In this document: piece by piece, positions 48,393 through 57,649 of the stretch
Layout of the letters: each line of letters starts with the position of its first letter
Position numbering within the stretch: the first letter of the stretch is position 1
Assembly (NCBI GenBank): GCA_001896555.1
Contig: MPOS01000011.1
Coordinates: forward strand, 30,223 to 94,222
Length of the DNA: 64,000 nt
DNA from: Candidatus Phosphitivorax anaerolimi
GTDB lineage: Bacteria; Desulfobacterota; Desulfomonilia; UBA1062
Direction of reading: 5' to 3'
The notes under the pieces: generated by a model
Databases searched by the model: none
What the model saw: only the letters and a program-made list of their open reading frames with translations
Told to the model about the DNA's origin: nothing
Position numbers and translations under genes: made by a program

Positions 48393-49511
48393 ATGAAAAA
48401 GGCCCTCATTACGGGTATCACCGGGCAGGACGGGGCATACCTCGCAGAATTTCTGCTGGAGAAGGGTTACACGGTCCACGGGATAAAGAGACGATCCTCG
48501 AGCTTCAACACCTACCGGGTCGATCATCTCTATCACGATCCGCATGAAGAAAACGTCAAGTTCCACATGCATTACGGGGATCTCACCGATGCCACAAATA
48601 TCATCAGGATCATCCAGGACGTCGAGCCCGACGAGATCTACAACCTGGGGGCGCAGAGCCATGTTCAGGTTTCCTTCGAAACCCCGGAATACACCGCCCA
48701 GGCCGACGCCCTGGGCACCCTGAGGATCCTGGAGGCATTGAGAATACTGAACATGGGGGGCAAGGTGCGGTTTTACCAGGCATCCACCAGCGAATTGTTT
48801 GGCAAGGTCCGGCAGATTCCCCAGGATGAGAATACGCCGTTCTATCCCAGGAGCCCTTATGGGGTGGCAAAACTCTATGCCTACTGGATAGCCGTCAATT
48901 ACCGCGAGGCGTACGGCATGTTTGCCTGCAACGGTATTCTCTTCAACCATGAATCCCCGGTTCGAGGCGAGACATTCATAACCAGGAAGGTCACCCGGGC
49001 TGCCAGCCGGATTGCGCTGGGGCTTCAGGATACCCTGTATATCGGCAATCTCGATGCCAGAAGGGACTGGGGGCATGCCAGGGATTATGTTATCGCCCAG
49101 TGGCTTATCCTGCAGCAGGACGTGCCGGATGACTACGTCATTGCTACAGGCATCCAGCATTCGGTACGGGATCTCTGCGCACTCGCCTTCTCCAAGGTCG
49201 GGATCGGGATAGAATGGGAAGGCGCCGGGGTGGAGGAGCAGGGTATCGCAAGCAGTGTCCTTCACCGGGACAGTGATATGGTAGTGAGGCCCGGCGATGT
49301 AGTCGTGAGGATCGATCCGAGATATTTCAGGCCGACCGAGGTGGATACCCTGCTCGGCAACCCCGGGAAGGCAAAGGAAAAACTCGGATGGGAGGCGAGG
49401 ATCAGCTTCGAGGATATGATCAGTGAGATGGTCGAACATGACCTGGCCGATGCCCGCCGTGATATCCTGTGTCTGAACAGCGGGTTCAGGGTGTTGGAAG
49501 GCAGAGAATGA
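48393..49511 (+). CDS. gmd: GDP-mannose 4,6-dehydratase
   Basis: [40 protein letters not shown], YxxxK and extended-SDR motifs. Length 372 aa. Confidence 0.9.
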   Translation: MKKALITGITGQDGAYLAEFLLEKGYTVHGIKRRSSSFNTYRVDHLYHDPHEENVKFHMHYGDLTDATNIIRIIQDVEPDEIYNLGAQSHVQVSFETPEYTAQADALGTLRILEALRILNMGGKVRFYQASTSELFGKVRQIPQDENTPFYPRSPYGVAKLYAYWIAVNYREAYGMFACNGILFNHESPVRGETFITRKVTRAASRIALGLQDTLYIGNLDARRDWGHARDYVIAQWLILQQDVPDDYVIATGIQHSVRDLCALAFSKVGIGIEWEGAGVEEQGIASSVLHRDSDMVVRPGDVVVRIDPRYFRPTEVDTLLGNPGKAKEKLGWEARISFEDMISEMVEHDLADARRDILCLNSGFRVLEGRE

Positions 49512-49609
49512 TTCCCGGGTTTCAGGAAAATGTGTTTCAGGAGAGCGAGTTTCTTCTTATCCTGCGGGAATGGTTCTGACATGCCGGCGGCAGCGATTTT
49601 CGGTATGAA

Positions 49610-50590
49610 TTGACCGATACGGGTATGGCGATGGATAGAGATTCAAAGATTTTCATTGCGGGGCACACCGGTCTCGTCGGCGCCGCCGTTCAGCGCAGAC
49701 TGGAGTCGGAAGGTTTCGGCAATCTTCTCGTCCGTGCGCACCCCGAGCTGGATCTGACCAGGCAGAGAGAGGTCGAGGATTTCTTCAGGCAGGAGAAGCC
49801 CGAATATGTCTTCCTCTGTGCTGCCAGGGTGGGTGGAATACTGGCCAACGCAACATATCCGGCGGAATTCATCTATGACAATATCATGATCGCGGCCAAT
49901 GTCATCCATGCCGGATTTCGTTTCGGGGTGAAGAAGCTTTTAAACCTGGGCTCATCCTGCATCTATCCAAAGCTTGCACCGCAGCCGCTGAAAGAGGAGC
50001 ACCTGCTCACCGGCATCCTGGAGTCGACCAACGAGCCGTACGCCATTGCAAAGATAGCCGCCATAAAACTCTGCCGTTACTACAACACGCAATACGGCAC
50101 GAATTTTCTCTCGGTCATGCCGACCAACCTTTACGGCCCGCACGATAACTTCGACCTCGAGACATCTCATGTTCTGCCGGCGCTTATCAGACGATTTTAT
50201 GAGGCAAAGAGGAGCTCGGCGTCACAGGTGACGCTCTGGGGAACAGGGGGCCCCCTGAGGGAGTTTCTTTATGTCGATGATCTGGCGGATGCATGTGTGC
50301 ATCTCATGAAAAACTACGATGCGAAAAGCATCGGGGAATTCATCAACGTTGGAACCGGCAACGATATAGCGATCAGGGACCTTGCGGAGATGGTTTCCCG
50401 GATCGCCGGATACGGCGGCAAAGTTCTCTGGGATTCGGGCAAGCCGGACGGAACCCCGCAGAAGCTCCTGGATATATCGAGGATTCTGGCAACAGGGTGG
50501 TCTCCGAGCACGGGCCTGGCAGAAGGCATCGAGAGGACCTTCCAATGGTATGTTGAAGAAAGGCGGCGCGAGCTGGCCCGGCACGAATAG
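49610..50590 (+). CDS. fcl: GDP-L-fucose synthase (GDP-4-keto-6-deoxymannose 3,5-epimerase/4-reductase).
   Basis: KIFIAGHTGLVGAAVQRRL and PTNLYGPHDNFDLETSHVLPALIRRF. About 320 aa. Confidence 0.85.
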   Translation: MTDTGMAMDRDSKIFIAGHTGLVGAAVQRRLESEGFGNLLVRAHPELDLTRQREVEDFFRQEKPEYVFLCAARVGGILANATYPAEFIYDNIMIAANVIHAGFRFGVKKLLNLGSSCIYPKLAPQPLKEEHLLTGILESTNEPYAIAKIAAIKLCRYYNTQYGTNFLSVMPTNLYGPHDNFDLETSHVLPALIRRFYEAKRSSASQVTLWGTGGPLREFLYVDDLADACVHLMKNYDAKSIGEFINVGTGNDIAIRDLAEMVSRIAGYGGKVLWDSGKPDGTPQKLLDISRILATGWSPSTGLAEGIERTFQWYVEERRRELARHE

Positions 50591-50775
50591 CCGTGCAGGC
50601 TCACTTTCAAAAGAAAAATCCATAACCGGCCGGAAGTTCTTTCTCAGGGTATGATCAGGCGCGATGAGAACAATGGCGAAGCAATTAATATAATGATATA
50701 TATTATTCGATGAGATACGTTGATATGGAGGCGGCGGCTTTCAATGAGAAACAGTGAGATGCGTCAGGAGCGCAC

Positions 50776-51723
50776 ATGGCTATTTCCGTAGTGATACCGG
50801 TGTATAACAGCGGGAAGATTTTGCCCCTGCTGGTTGAGCGGCTGGAGCCCGTGCTGAAGGCCCTCGGTCCGACCTACGAGCTCATACTGGTGAACGATGG
50901 AAGCGCCGACGGCAGCTGGAATGCCATTGAAGACCTTGCCCTGCAGCATACCTGGATCTGCGGTATCAATCTCATGCGCAACTATGGCCAGCACAACGCC
51001 CTGTTGTGCGGAATCAGGGCTTCCCGTTACGACACTATCGTTACCATGGATGACGACTTGCAGAATCCTCCTGAGGAGATCCCGGTAATGATCCGGAAGC
51101 TTCGGGAGGGATACGATGTAGTGTACGGCACACCGATGAGAGAGCGGCACGGGCTGATGAGAGACATCTCCTCGCAGATCACCAAGCTGGCCCTGAAGAC
51201 CGCCATGGGCATCGAGACCGCACGAATGGCGAGCTCTTTCCGTGTTTTCAGGTCGAAGATTGCGGAAGCCTTTGCGGATTACAAGGGGTCGTTCGTATCC
51301 ATCGATGTGCTCCTGACATGGGGAACAACCCGTTTTGCAGCCATACCGGTGAAGCACGATGTCCGGCAGAGCGATGCGTCGAACTATACCTTCAAGAAGC
51401 TCATCACCCATGCGTTCAACATGATGACGGGATTCAGCACATTGCCGCTGCAGTTGGCAAGCATCCTCGGCTTCTTCGTCACTTTTTTCGGAATAGGCAT
51501 TTTCATTTATGTGATCGCCAGCTACATTATCCATGGAGGAAGTGTTCCGGGCTTTGCTTTCCTGGCGTGCATCATCGTCATATTCTCCGGAACCCAGTTG
51601 CTCGTATTGGGAATAATCGGGGAATATCTCGCACGGGTGCATTTCCGGAGCATGGACCGTCCGTCAAGTGTTGTCAGTGAAACAGTCAGGAATTCTTCAG
51701 TAGGAAAACAAGAGCAGAGATGA
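50776..51723 (+). CDS. GT2 polyprenyl-phosphate glycosyltransferase (GtrB/ArnC/DPM1-like) with two C-terminal TM helices.
   Basis: ISVVIPVYNSG...ELILVNDGSADGS...TMDDDLQNPPEEIP and the C-terminal membrane anchor. Confidence 0.8.
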   Translation: MAISVVIPVYNSGKILPLLVERLEPVLKALGPTYELILVNDGSADGSWNAIEDLALQHTWICGINLMRNYGQHNALLCGIRASRYDTIVTMDDDLQNPPEEIPVMIRKLREGYDVVYGTPMRERHGLMRDISSQITKLALKTAMGIETARMASSFRVFRSKIAEAFADYKGSFVSIDVLLTWGTTRFAAIPVKHDVRQSDASNYTFKKLITHAFNMMTGFSTLPLQLASILGFFVTFFGIGIFIYVIASYIIHGGSVPGFAFLACIIVIFSGTQLLVLGIIGEYLARVHFRSMDRPSSVVSETVRNSSVGKQEQR

Positions 51724-52457
51724 GTCCGGATAGTGCCAAAATAAAATTATCCGACATCGACGAGGAAAGGTTCGGAATAAGAACGGCAAAATCTTCCTGC
51801 ACGACAAGGGAAGACATCCCCGAACTATTGGAGTTCTGCGAGGCGCACCAGGTCGAATTGCTCATAGCCCGGTGTCCCGCAGCTGATATCGAGGCCGTTC
51901 AGCGCATGGAAAGGCACGGGTTTTTTATCACCGATACGCTCGTCTACTATTCGTTCTTCCTGAAAAATAAACCTATTCCGGAAGACGCTGCAGGAATCCG
52001 AGTGAGACCGGTCAGCCCGGGAGAAGAGTTCGTGGTGAAGGATATCGCCCAAGGATCATTCCAGGGTTACAGGGGACACTACCATGCAGACCCCAGGCTC
52101 GACAGAAAGAAGTGCGATGATGTCTATACGGATTGGGCATATCGCTCCTGCTTCCGGGGAAGCCTGGCAAACGAGGTCATGGTCGCGGAATATGATTCTA
52201 CGCCTGCCGGTTTCGCTACGCTGAGGATCAACAGCGACTCGGAAGGAGAAGGTGTCCTCTTTGGAGTTGCACCGGTCTTTCAGGGGAAGGGTATTTACCG
52301 CTCTTTGATGATCGGCGGGTTGACATGGTGTGTTTCCCTGGGTCTCGATGTCATGATTGTCTCGACTCAGATCGTCAATACAGCCGTTCAGAAGGTCTGG
52401 ACCAGACTGGGGTTCGAGCCAAGCCATTCTTATTACACTTTTCACAAGTGGTTTTGA
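51720..52457 (+). CDS. GNAT-family N-acetyltransferase, WecD-like (dTDP-4-amino-4,6-dideoxyhexose acetyltransferase-like).
   Basis: About 245 aa with a C-terminal acetyl-CoA-binding-like segment VLFGVAPVFQGKGIYRSLM. Lies immediately upstream of the WecE-like aminotransferase. The assignment is by context and length. Confidence 0.5.
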   Translation: MSPDSAKIKLSDIDEERFGIRTAKSSCTTREDIPELLEFCEAHQVELLIARCPAADIEAVQRMERHGFFITDTLVYYSFFLKNKPIPEDAAGIRVRPVSPGEEFVVKDIAQGSFQGYRGHYHADPRLDRKKCDDVYTDWAYRSCFRGSLANEVMVAEYDSTPAGFATLRINSDSEGEGVLFGVAPVFQGKGIYRSLMIGGLTWCVSLGLDVMIVSTQIVNTAVQKVWTRLGFEPSHSYYTFHKWF

Positions 52458-52628
52458 GAGCTTGGAGCATTTGTATGATTGCGTGGCATGAGACCGGTTC
52501 AGGGCCGTACAGGACACTAGAAAGCCTGAGTCACCGGCAAAGGGTACAAGCATTCATTTTCGTTACGTTACGGTCCGATGTCAGGCAGAAAACCGCCTGA
52601 CATCGGTTCCATAACCGGGAAGAGAAGA

Positions 52629-53507
52629 ATGAAGCAATGTCTCGCATGCAGCAAGCGTTTCATTTCAGAAGACTGGGTTTGCCCCCGATGCGGTAATATC
52701 CCGGAGAGCAGGAACGGTTATCTTTCCTTCACACAGCCGGCAGCGGATACGGGCCGGGGTTTCGACTCCGGCAGTTATCGTCATCTTGCCCGTCTCGAGG
52801 CGAAGAATTTCTGGTTCAGGTCGCGCAACCGATTGTTGATATGGGCCCTTCGAAGATGTTTTCCGGATGCGGAGCGGTTTCTCGAGATCGGCAGCGGCAC
52901 AGGGTTCGTTTTATCCGGTATACGCCGTGAATTCCCGAAAATGAAAATAACCGGCAGTGACATCTATCCCCAGGGGCTCGATTATGCCAGAGAGCGGGTG
53001 TCCGATGCGGCATTTCTGCACATGGACGCCTGCGCGATTCCCTTTGAAGATGAATTCGACGTGATCGGGGCATTTGATATTCTCGAGCATATCCAAGACG
53101 ATGCTTTGGCGCTGCGCGAGATGTACCGTGCGGTTCACAGGGGAGGCGGGATTGTTCTCACCGTCCCCCAGTATATGTGGCTCTGGAGCGCTCAGGACAA
53201 GGCAGCGTTTCACGTTCGGAGATACTCCCGGGGTCGGCTGCTGAAGAGGGTGGAGGAAGCAGGATTCACCGTGGGGTATATGACATCTTTCATCACCTTC
53301 CTGTTTCCTCTCCTGGCGGTTTCCAGACTGTGTTCACGCTGGATGAACCGGCATGACGGGGCACATGACTGGACACGGGAATTGAATCTGAATCCTGCAG
53401 CAAACACTTTATTCGAGGCAATCTGTAATGCAGAGCTGTTTTTTGTGAAAAAAGGAGTGAAAATGCCCGCAGGAGGGTCTCTCCTCTGTATAGGCATAAA
53501 GGAGTAG
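52629..53507 (+). CDS. Class I SAM-dependent methyltransferase with an N-terminal zinc ribbon.
   Basis: CLACSKRFISEDWVCPRCGNIP, then the SAM motif FLEIGSGTGFV. Confidence 0.7.
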   Translation: MKQCLACSKRFISEDWVCPRCGNIPESRNGYLSFTQPAADTGRGFDSGSYRHLARLEAKNFWFRSRNRLLIWALRRCFPDAERFLEIGSGTGFVLSGIRREFPKMKITGSDIYPQGLDYARERVSDAAFLHMDACAIPFEDEFDVIGAFDILEHIQDDALALREMYRAVHRGGGIVLTVPQYMWLWSAQDKAAFHVRRYSRGRLLKRVEEAGFTVGYMTSFITFLFPLLAVSRLCSRWMNRHDGAHDWTRELNLNPAANTLFEAICNAELFFVKKGVKMPAGGSLLCIGIKE

Positions 53508-53510
53508 TCC

Positions 53511-54686
53511 ATGAAAAACGAATCCCTGGTGAGAATGCCTTTCAATAAGCCCTTCATTGCAGGCAAGGAGCTGTACAACATAGCGCAGGCCGTCATAAAC
53601 GGGCATCTTGCCGGAGACGGGCCCTTTACGAAACAGTGCCATGCGTGGCTGGAAAAACGCCTGGGATGCTCCAAGGCGCTGCTTGTCCACTCCTGCACGG
53701 CTGCACTGGAAATGGCCGCCATGCTCTGCGATATAGGCAGCGGAGACGAGGTTATCATGCCCTCGTTCACCTTTGTCTCCACGGCGAATGCCTTTGTCCT
53801 GCGAGGCGCCGTCCCGGTGTTTGTGGATATCCGTCCGGACAATCTCAATCTGGACGATAAAAAGATCGAGCAGGCAATAACATCAAAAACAAAAGCCGTC
53901 GTGCCCGTTCACTATGCCGGCGTTCCCTGCGAAATGGACGCAATCATGCGCATTGCCGATGTGCATGATCTATTTGTGGTGGAAGACGCTGCCCAGGCAC
54001 TGTTCTCGTCATACAAGGGCAGGCTTCTCGGCACCATCGGGCATTTCGGGTGCCTCAGCTTCCACGAGACGAAGAATATCATCAGCGGCGAGGGCGGTGC
54101 TTTGCTGGTGAACGACAAGAGGTTTGTCGAGCGCGCAGAGATCATCAGGGAAAAGGGGACCAATCGATCCCGGTTCTTCCGGGGCGAGGTGGACAAGTAC
54201 ACATGGGTCGATATCGGATCGTCGTATCTTCCGAGCGAGCTGATCGGCGCTTTTCTGTATGCCCAGATGGAGAACGCGAGCACCATCATCTCCGCTAGGA
54301 GGAGGATCTTCGAACGGTACTACAACCTGCTCCGTCCTCTCGAGGATGAGGGCGTCCTCCGCCTTCCGTTTGTAGAAAGCGAATGTGCGGGCAACGGCCA
54401 TATGTTCTATATCGTCATGAGATCGTTGGATGAGCGGACAAGCCTGCTGGAGCATTTGAAGAAAGAAGGGATTCTGGCCGTGTTCCATTATGTGCCGCTC
54501 CACTCGTCACCTGCCGGTCGGAAGTACTGCCGGGCAAGCGGATCCATGGAAGTCACGGACGATCTGAGCGGCAGGGTGCTGAGGCTCCCCATGTATTACG
54601 AGATGGGCGAGGACGATATCCATCGAGTGGTGGAAAGTATCAAGAGATACTTTCGCATCATGCGGGAAAAGAGCCATGTACTTTAA
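53511..54686 (+). CDS. DegT/DnrJ/EryC1-family PLP aminotransferase (WecE-like dTDP-4-keto-6-deoxyhexose 4-aminotransferase).
   Basis: MPFNKPFIAGKELYNIAQAVINGHLAGDGPFTKQCHAWLEKRLG and SFHETKNI (the PLP lysine). Length 391 aa. Confidence 0.85.
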   Translation: MKNESLVRMPFNKPFIAGKELYNIAQAVINGHLAGDGPFTKQCHAWLEKRLGCSKALLVHSCTAALEMAAMLCDIGSGDEVIMPSFTFVSTANAFVLRGAVPVFVDIRPDNLNLDDKKIEQAITSKTKAVVPVHYAGVPCEMDAIMRIADVHDLFVVEDAAQALFSSYKGRLLGTIGHFGCLSFHETKNIISGEGGALLVNDKRFVERAEIIREKGTNRSRFFRGEVDKYTWVDIGSSYLPSELIGAFLYAQMENASTIISARRRIFERYYNLLRPLEDEGVLRLPFVESECAGNGHMFYIVMRSLDERTSLLEHLKKEGILAVFHYVPLHSSPAGRKYCRASGSMEVTDDLSGRVLRLPMYYEMGEDDIHRVVESIKRYFRIMREKSHVL

Positions 54687-54731
54687 CAGCACTTTCGAAG
54701 AGTAGCTCAGTGTTTTCTCACAGGAGATGCA

Positions 54732-56192
54732 ATGGAAGAGGTTAACCGGACGCAGGGGCACATGACGGCATCGGCGCTCCGCTATAGAAAACAGCGGCAG
54801 GAACATTGGTCTTCGCTCGCGCGCAGGATGGATACGTGGAAATCAAGGGGCGTGCATTACCATGAGAGAATTACGGAAGTATATCGGTTTCTCGTGAGCC
54901 CGGGACAGAAGGTCATCGAGATCGGCTGTGGAAAAGGAGATCTCCTCGCATCACTCGAGCCGAGCATCGGTGTGGGCGTAGATTTTTCAGAAGAAATGGT
55001 CGACCGCGCCAGACGGAAATACCCCGAACTTCGTTTCATGGCCTGCGATGCGCACGAGATCGATCTCGATGAAAAATTCGATGTGATCATCCTCTCCGAC
55101 CTGGTGAACGACCTGTGGGACGTCCAGGCTGTTCTGAGCCGGCTCGACCGGCTCTGCTCTCCCAGGACCCGGATCGTCATCAACACCTACAGCCGGGTGT
55201 GGGAGCTTCCGCTGCGGCTCACGCAGAAGCTCGGCCTCTCCACTCCGCTGCTTGCCCAGAACTGGCTCACCGTGGAGGATATCTGCAATCTGCTCCATCT
55301 GGCCGGATATGAAGACATCAGGCACTTCAACGAGATTCTCTGGCCCGTGAAAACGCCCTTTCTGGCGGGATTTTTCAACCGGCACCTCGTGAAAATATGG
55401 CCGTTCTCCTGCTTTTCCCTGTCCAATTTCATCATCGCGAGGAAACGGCCGGAAAAAGATGCGGGGGCAAAGGAACCTCTGGTCTCGGTTATCGTGCCTG
55501 CCCGCAACGAGGCCGGCAATATCGACGAGATCTTTGCCCGCGCCCCGGAGATGGGCGCGGGAACGGAGCTCGTCTTCGTGGAGGGAAATTCCGGGGACAA
55601 CACCTACGAGGCGATCGCCAAAGCCATGGCGAAACATCCTCAGAGGAGGTGCAGGCTGCTCCGGCAGACAGGCACGGGCAAGGGCGACGCCGTCAGGCTG
55701 GGCTTCAGGGAGGCGTCAGGGGATGTTCTCATGATTCTCGACGCCGATATGACCGTGCCTCCGGAAGACCTGCCGCGGTTTTACGAGGCGCTCCGGTCGG
55801 GCGAAGGCGAGTTCATCAACGGCGTGCGCCTTGTCTATCCCATGGAGAAGCAGGCCATGCGCTATGCGAACCTCCTGGGAAACAAGTTTTTCTCCCTGGC
55901 CTTTTCCTGGCTTCTGGGCCAGCCGATCAAGGACACCCTCTGCGGCACCAAGGTGCTTAGCAGGGCAAACTATGAGAAGATCGAGAAGAACAGGGCCTAC
56001 TTCGGCGATTTCGACCCGTTCGGCGATTTCGATCTCCTCTTCGGTGCGGCGAAGCTGAATCTGAAGATCGTGGAAATGCCCATCAGATACCGGGAGCGCA
56101 GATACGGCGAAACGAATATCGACCGGTGGAGGCACGGGATGATCCTGCTCCGGATGGTTCTGTTTGCGATGAGGCGGATCAAGTTTTTCTAA
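54732..56192 (+). CDS. Bifunctional fusion: N-terminal class I SAM methyltransferase plus C-terminal GT2 (DPM1-like) glycosyltransferase.
   Basis: MTase motif VIEIGCGKGDL. GT2 motifs SVIVPARNEAGNI, LVFVEGNSGDNT and ILDADMTVPPEDL. Confidence 0.75.
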   Translation: MEEVNRTQGHMTASALRYRKQRQEHWSSLARRMDTWKSRGVHYHERITEVYRFLVSPGQKVIEIGCGKGDLLASLEPSIGVGVDFSEEMVDRARRKYPELRFMACDAHEIDLDEKFDVIILSDLVNDLWDVQAVLSRLDRLCSPRTRIVINTYSRVWELPLRLTQKLGLSTPLLAQNWLTVEDICNLLHLAGYEDIRHFNEILWPVKTPFLAGFFNRHLVKIWPFSCFSLSNFIIARKRPEKDAGAKEPLVSVIVPARNEAGNIDEIFARAPEMGAGTELVFVEGNSGDNTYEAIAKAMAKHPQRRCRLLRQTGTGKGDAVRLGFREASGDVLMILDADMTVPPEDLPRFYEALRSGEGEFINGVRLVYPMEKQAMRYANLLGNKFFSLAFSWLLGQPIKDTLCGTKVLSRANYEKIEKNRAYFGDFDPFGDFDLLFGAAKLNLKIVEMPIRYRERRYGETNIDRWRHGMILLRMVLFAMRRIKFF

Positions 56193-56956
56193 TGAAGGTC
56201 TTGTGCAGGCAATGGAGAGGAACAGTGGCCAGACCGCAGAATGAAATAGAGCACGGCAGAAAGCTCTCCCGGAATGACCCCGAGCTGATATGGGGCTGGG
56301 GGACGCCGGCGGGCAGGATAAGGGCCCGGCGCCGCGCCGCTCTCATAGCCGAAGGGGCCCGGCTGGGGCCTCATGTCAGGGCCCTGGAGATCGGGTGCGG
56401 CACCGGTGTTTTTACAGAATATTTTGTGAAAAGCGGAGCACACATCGTCGCTGTGGATATTTCGTCCGACCTCCTGGAAGAGGCGAGAGAAAGAGGCCTG
56501 CCGGAAGACAGGGTGCAGTTCATCGAAAAAGCGTTCGAAGAGTGCGAGGTGGACGGCCCCTTCGATGCCGTGATCGGGTCATCGATTCTGCATCACCTCG
56601 ATCTTGCCGGGTCACTTCCCCGGATATTTTCTCTTCTCAGGCCGGGCGGGTGGATGAGCTTCGCCGAGCCGAACATGCTGAACCCCCAGATCTTTTTCCA
56701 GAAGAACATCCCCTGGCTGAAAGAGCGGCTGGGCGACTCTCCCGATGAGACCGCATTCGTGAGGCATTCCCTCAAGAGGAGATTGGAATCGTCCGGGTTC
56801 GACAGGGTGGCAATTACCCCGTTCGACTGGCTGCATCCCCTCACGCCGGCGAGAGTCATTCACATTGTCTCGAAAATCGGGGCATTTCTGGAGGCGGCCC
56901 CTCTGGTGCGGGAGTTCGCCGGATCACTGTACATCCGGTGCAGGAGGCCGGCGTGA
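56192..56956 (+). CDS. Class I SAM-dependent methyltransferase.
   Basis: ALEIGCGTGVFTEYF motif. The ATG overlaps the upstream TAA (TAATG). Confidence 0.7.
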   Translation: MKVLCRQWRGTVARPQNEIEHGRKLSRNDPELIWGWGTPAGRIRARRRAALIAEGARLGPHVRALEIGCGTGVFTEYFVKSGAHIVAVDISSDLLEEARERGLPEDRVQFIEKAFEECEVDGPFDAVIGSSILHHLDLAGSLPRIFSLLRPGGWMSFAEPNMLNPQIFFQKNIPWLKERLGDSPDETAFVRHSLKRRLESSGFDRVAITPFDWLHPLTPARVIHIVSKIGAFLEAAPLVREFAGSLYIRCRRPA

Positions 56957-57636
56957 AAAAGGTTGAGGAGACGGGAATCAGGGAGAAGGGGCGGGCGAAG
57001 CTCCGGCTGCTGCCACTGAGCCACTACCGGGGCATAGACTCGGGAGACCCCATCCGGTTCTACTTCTGGCCTGTCCTCGGTTCCCTTTACCGGCGCAGGG
57101 TCGAGCTCTGTCTGGAAGAGCTCTGCGGGGGAGAAAAGATCCTTGAGGTGGGGTTCGGGTCCGGTATTACCTTTCTCAATCTCGCACAACTCTACGGCAC
57201 TGTTTGCGGAGTCGATCCGAACCCCTTGGTCGGCGACGTTCGTGCCGCGTTTGCGTCTGTCGGAATACACGCACATCTGCTGCGGGGGAGCGTTCTGGAG
57301 ATCCCCTATCAGGACAGCTGCTTCGACGCGGTTCTTCTCATCAGCATTCTCGAGCATCTCAAGCCGAACGAGCTGGACAGGGCCTTCGCCGAGATACGGA
57401 GGGTGCTCAGGCAGGGAGGGCAGGCCGTGTATGGGGTCCCGGTGGAACGGCCTTTCATGGTCATGATGTTTCGTCTCCTTGGATACAATATCAGAAGGCA
57501 CCATTTTTCGACGCAGAAAGATGTGGCCGACGCGGCTGGAAGATTTCTGACAAAGGTCCGCATCACTCCTATGTACGGCATTCACCGCCTTCTGGGGGCT
57601 GTGTACGAGGTCGGGCATTTCAGAAAGGCAGTCTGA
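56953..57636 (+). CDS. Class I SAM-dependent methyltransferase.
   Basis: ILEVGFGSGITFLNL motif. GTG start overlapping the upstream TGA, with RBS CAGGAGG. Confidence 0.65.
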   Translation: MKKVEETGIREKGRAKLRLLPLSHYRGIDSGDPIRFYFWPVLGSLYRRRVELCLEELCGGEKILEVGFGSGITFLNLAQLYGTVCGVDPNPLVGDVRAAFASVGIHAHLLRGSVLEIPYQDSCFDAVLLISILEHLKPNELDRAFAEIRRVLRQGGQAVYGVPVERPFMVMMFRLLGYNIRRHHFSTQKDVADAAGRFLTKVRITPMYGIHRLLGAVYEVGHFRKAV

Positions 57637-57649
57637 AAGGCAGAGGATC

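Noticed and set aside
48132-49439. A 435-aa minus-strand ORF antisense to gmd.
   Set aside because: gmd on the plus strand is unambiguous. No motif in the antisense frame.
54987-55637. Minus-strand ORFs at 54987-55637 and 55716-56135, antisense to the MTase-GT2 fusion. Also 57620-58255 and 58328-58972 (minus), antisense to TMTC-like paralog 2.
   Set aside because: Opposite-strand artefacts of well-supported genes.
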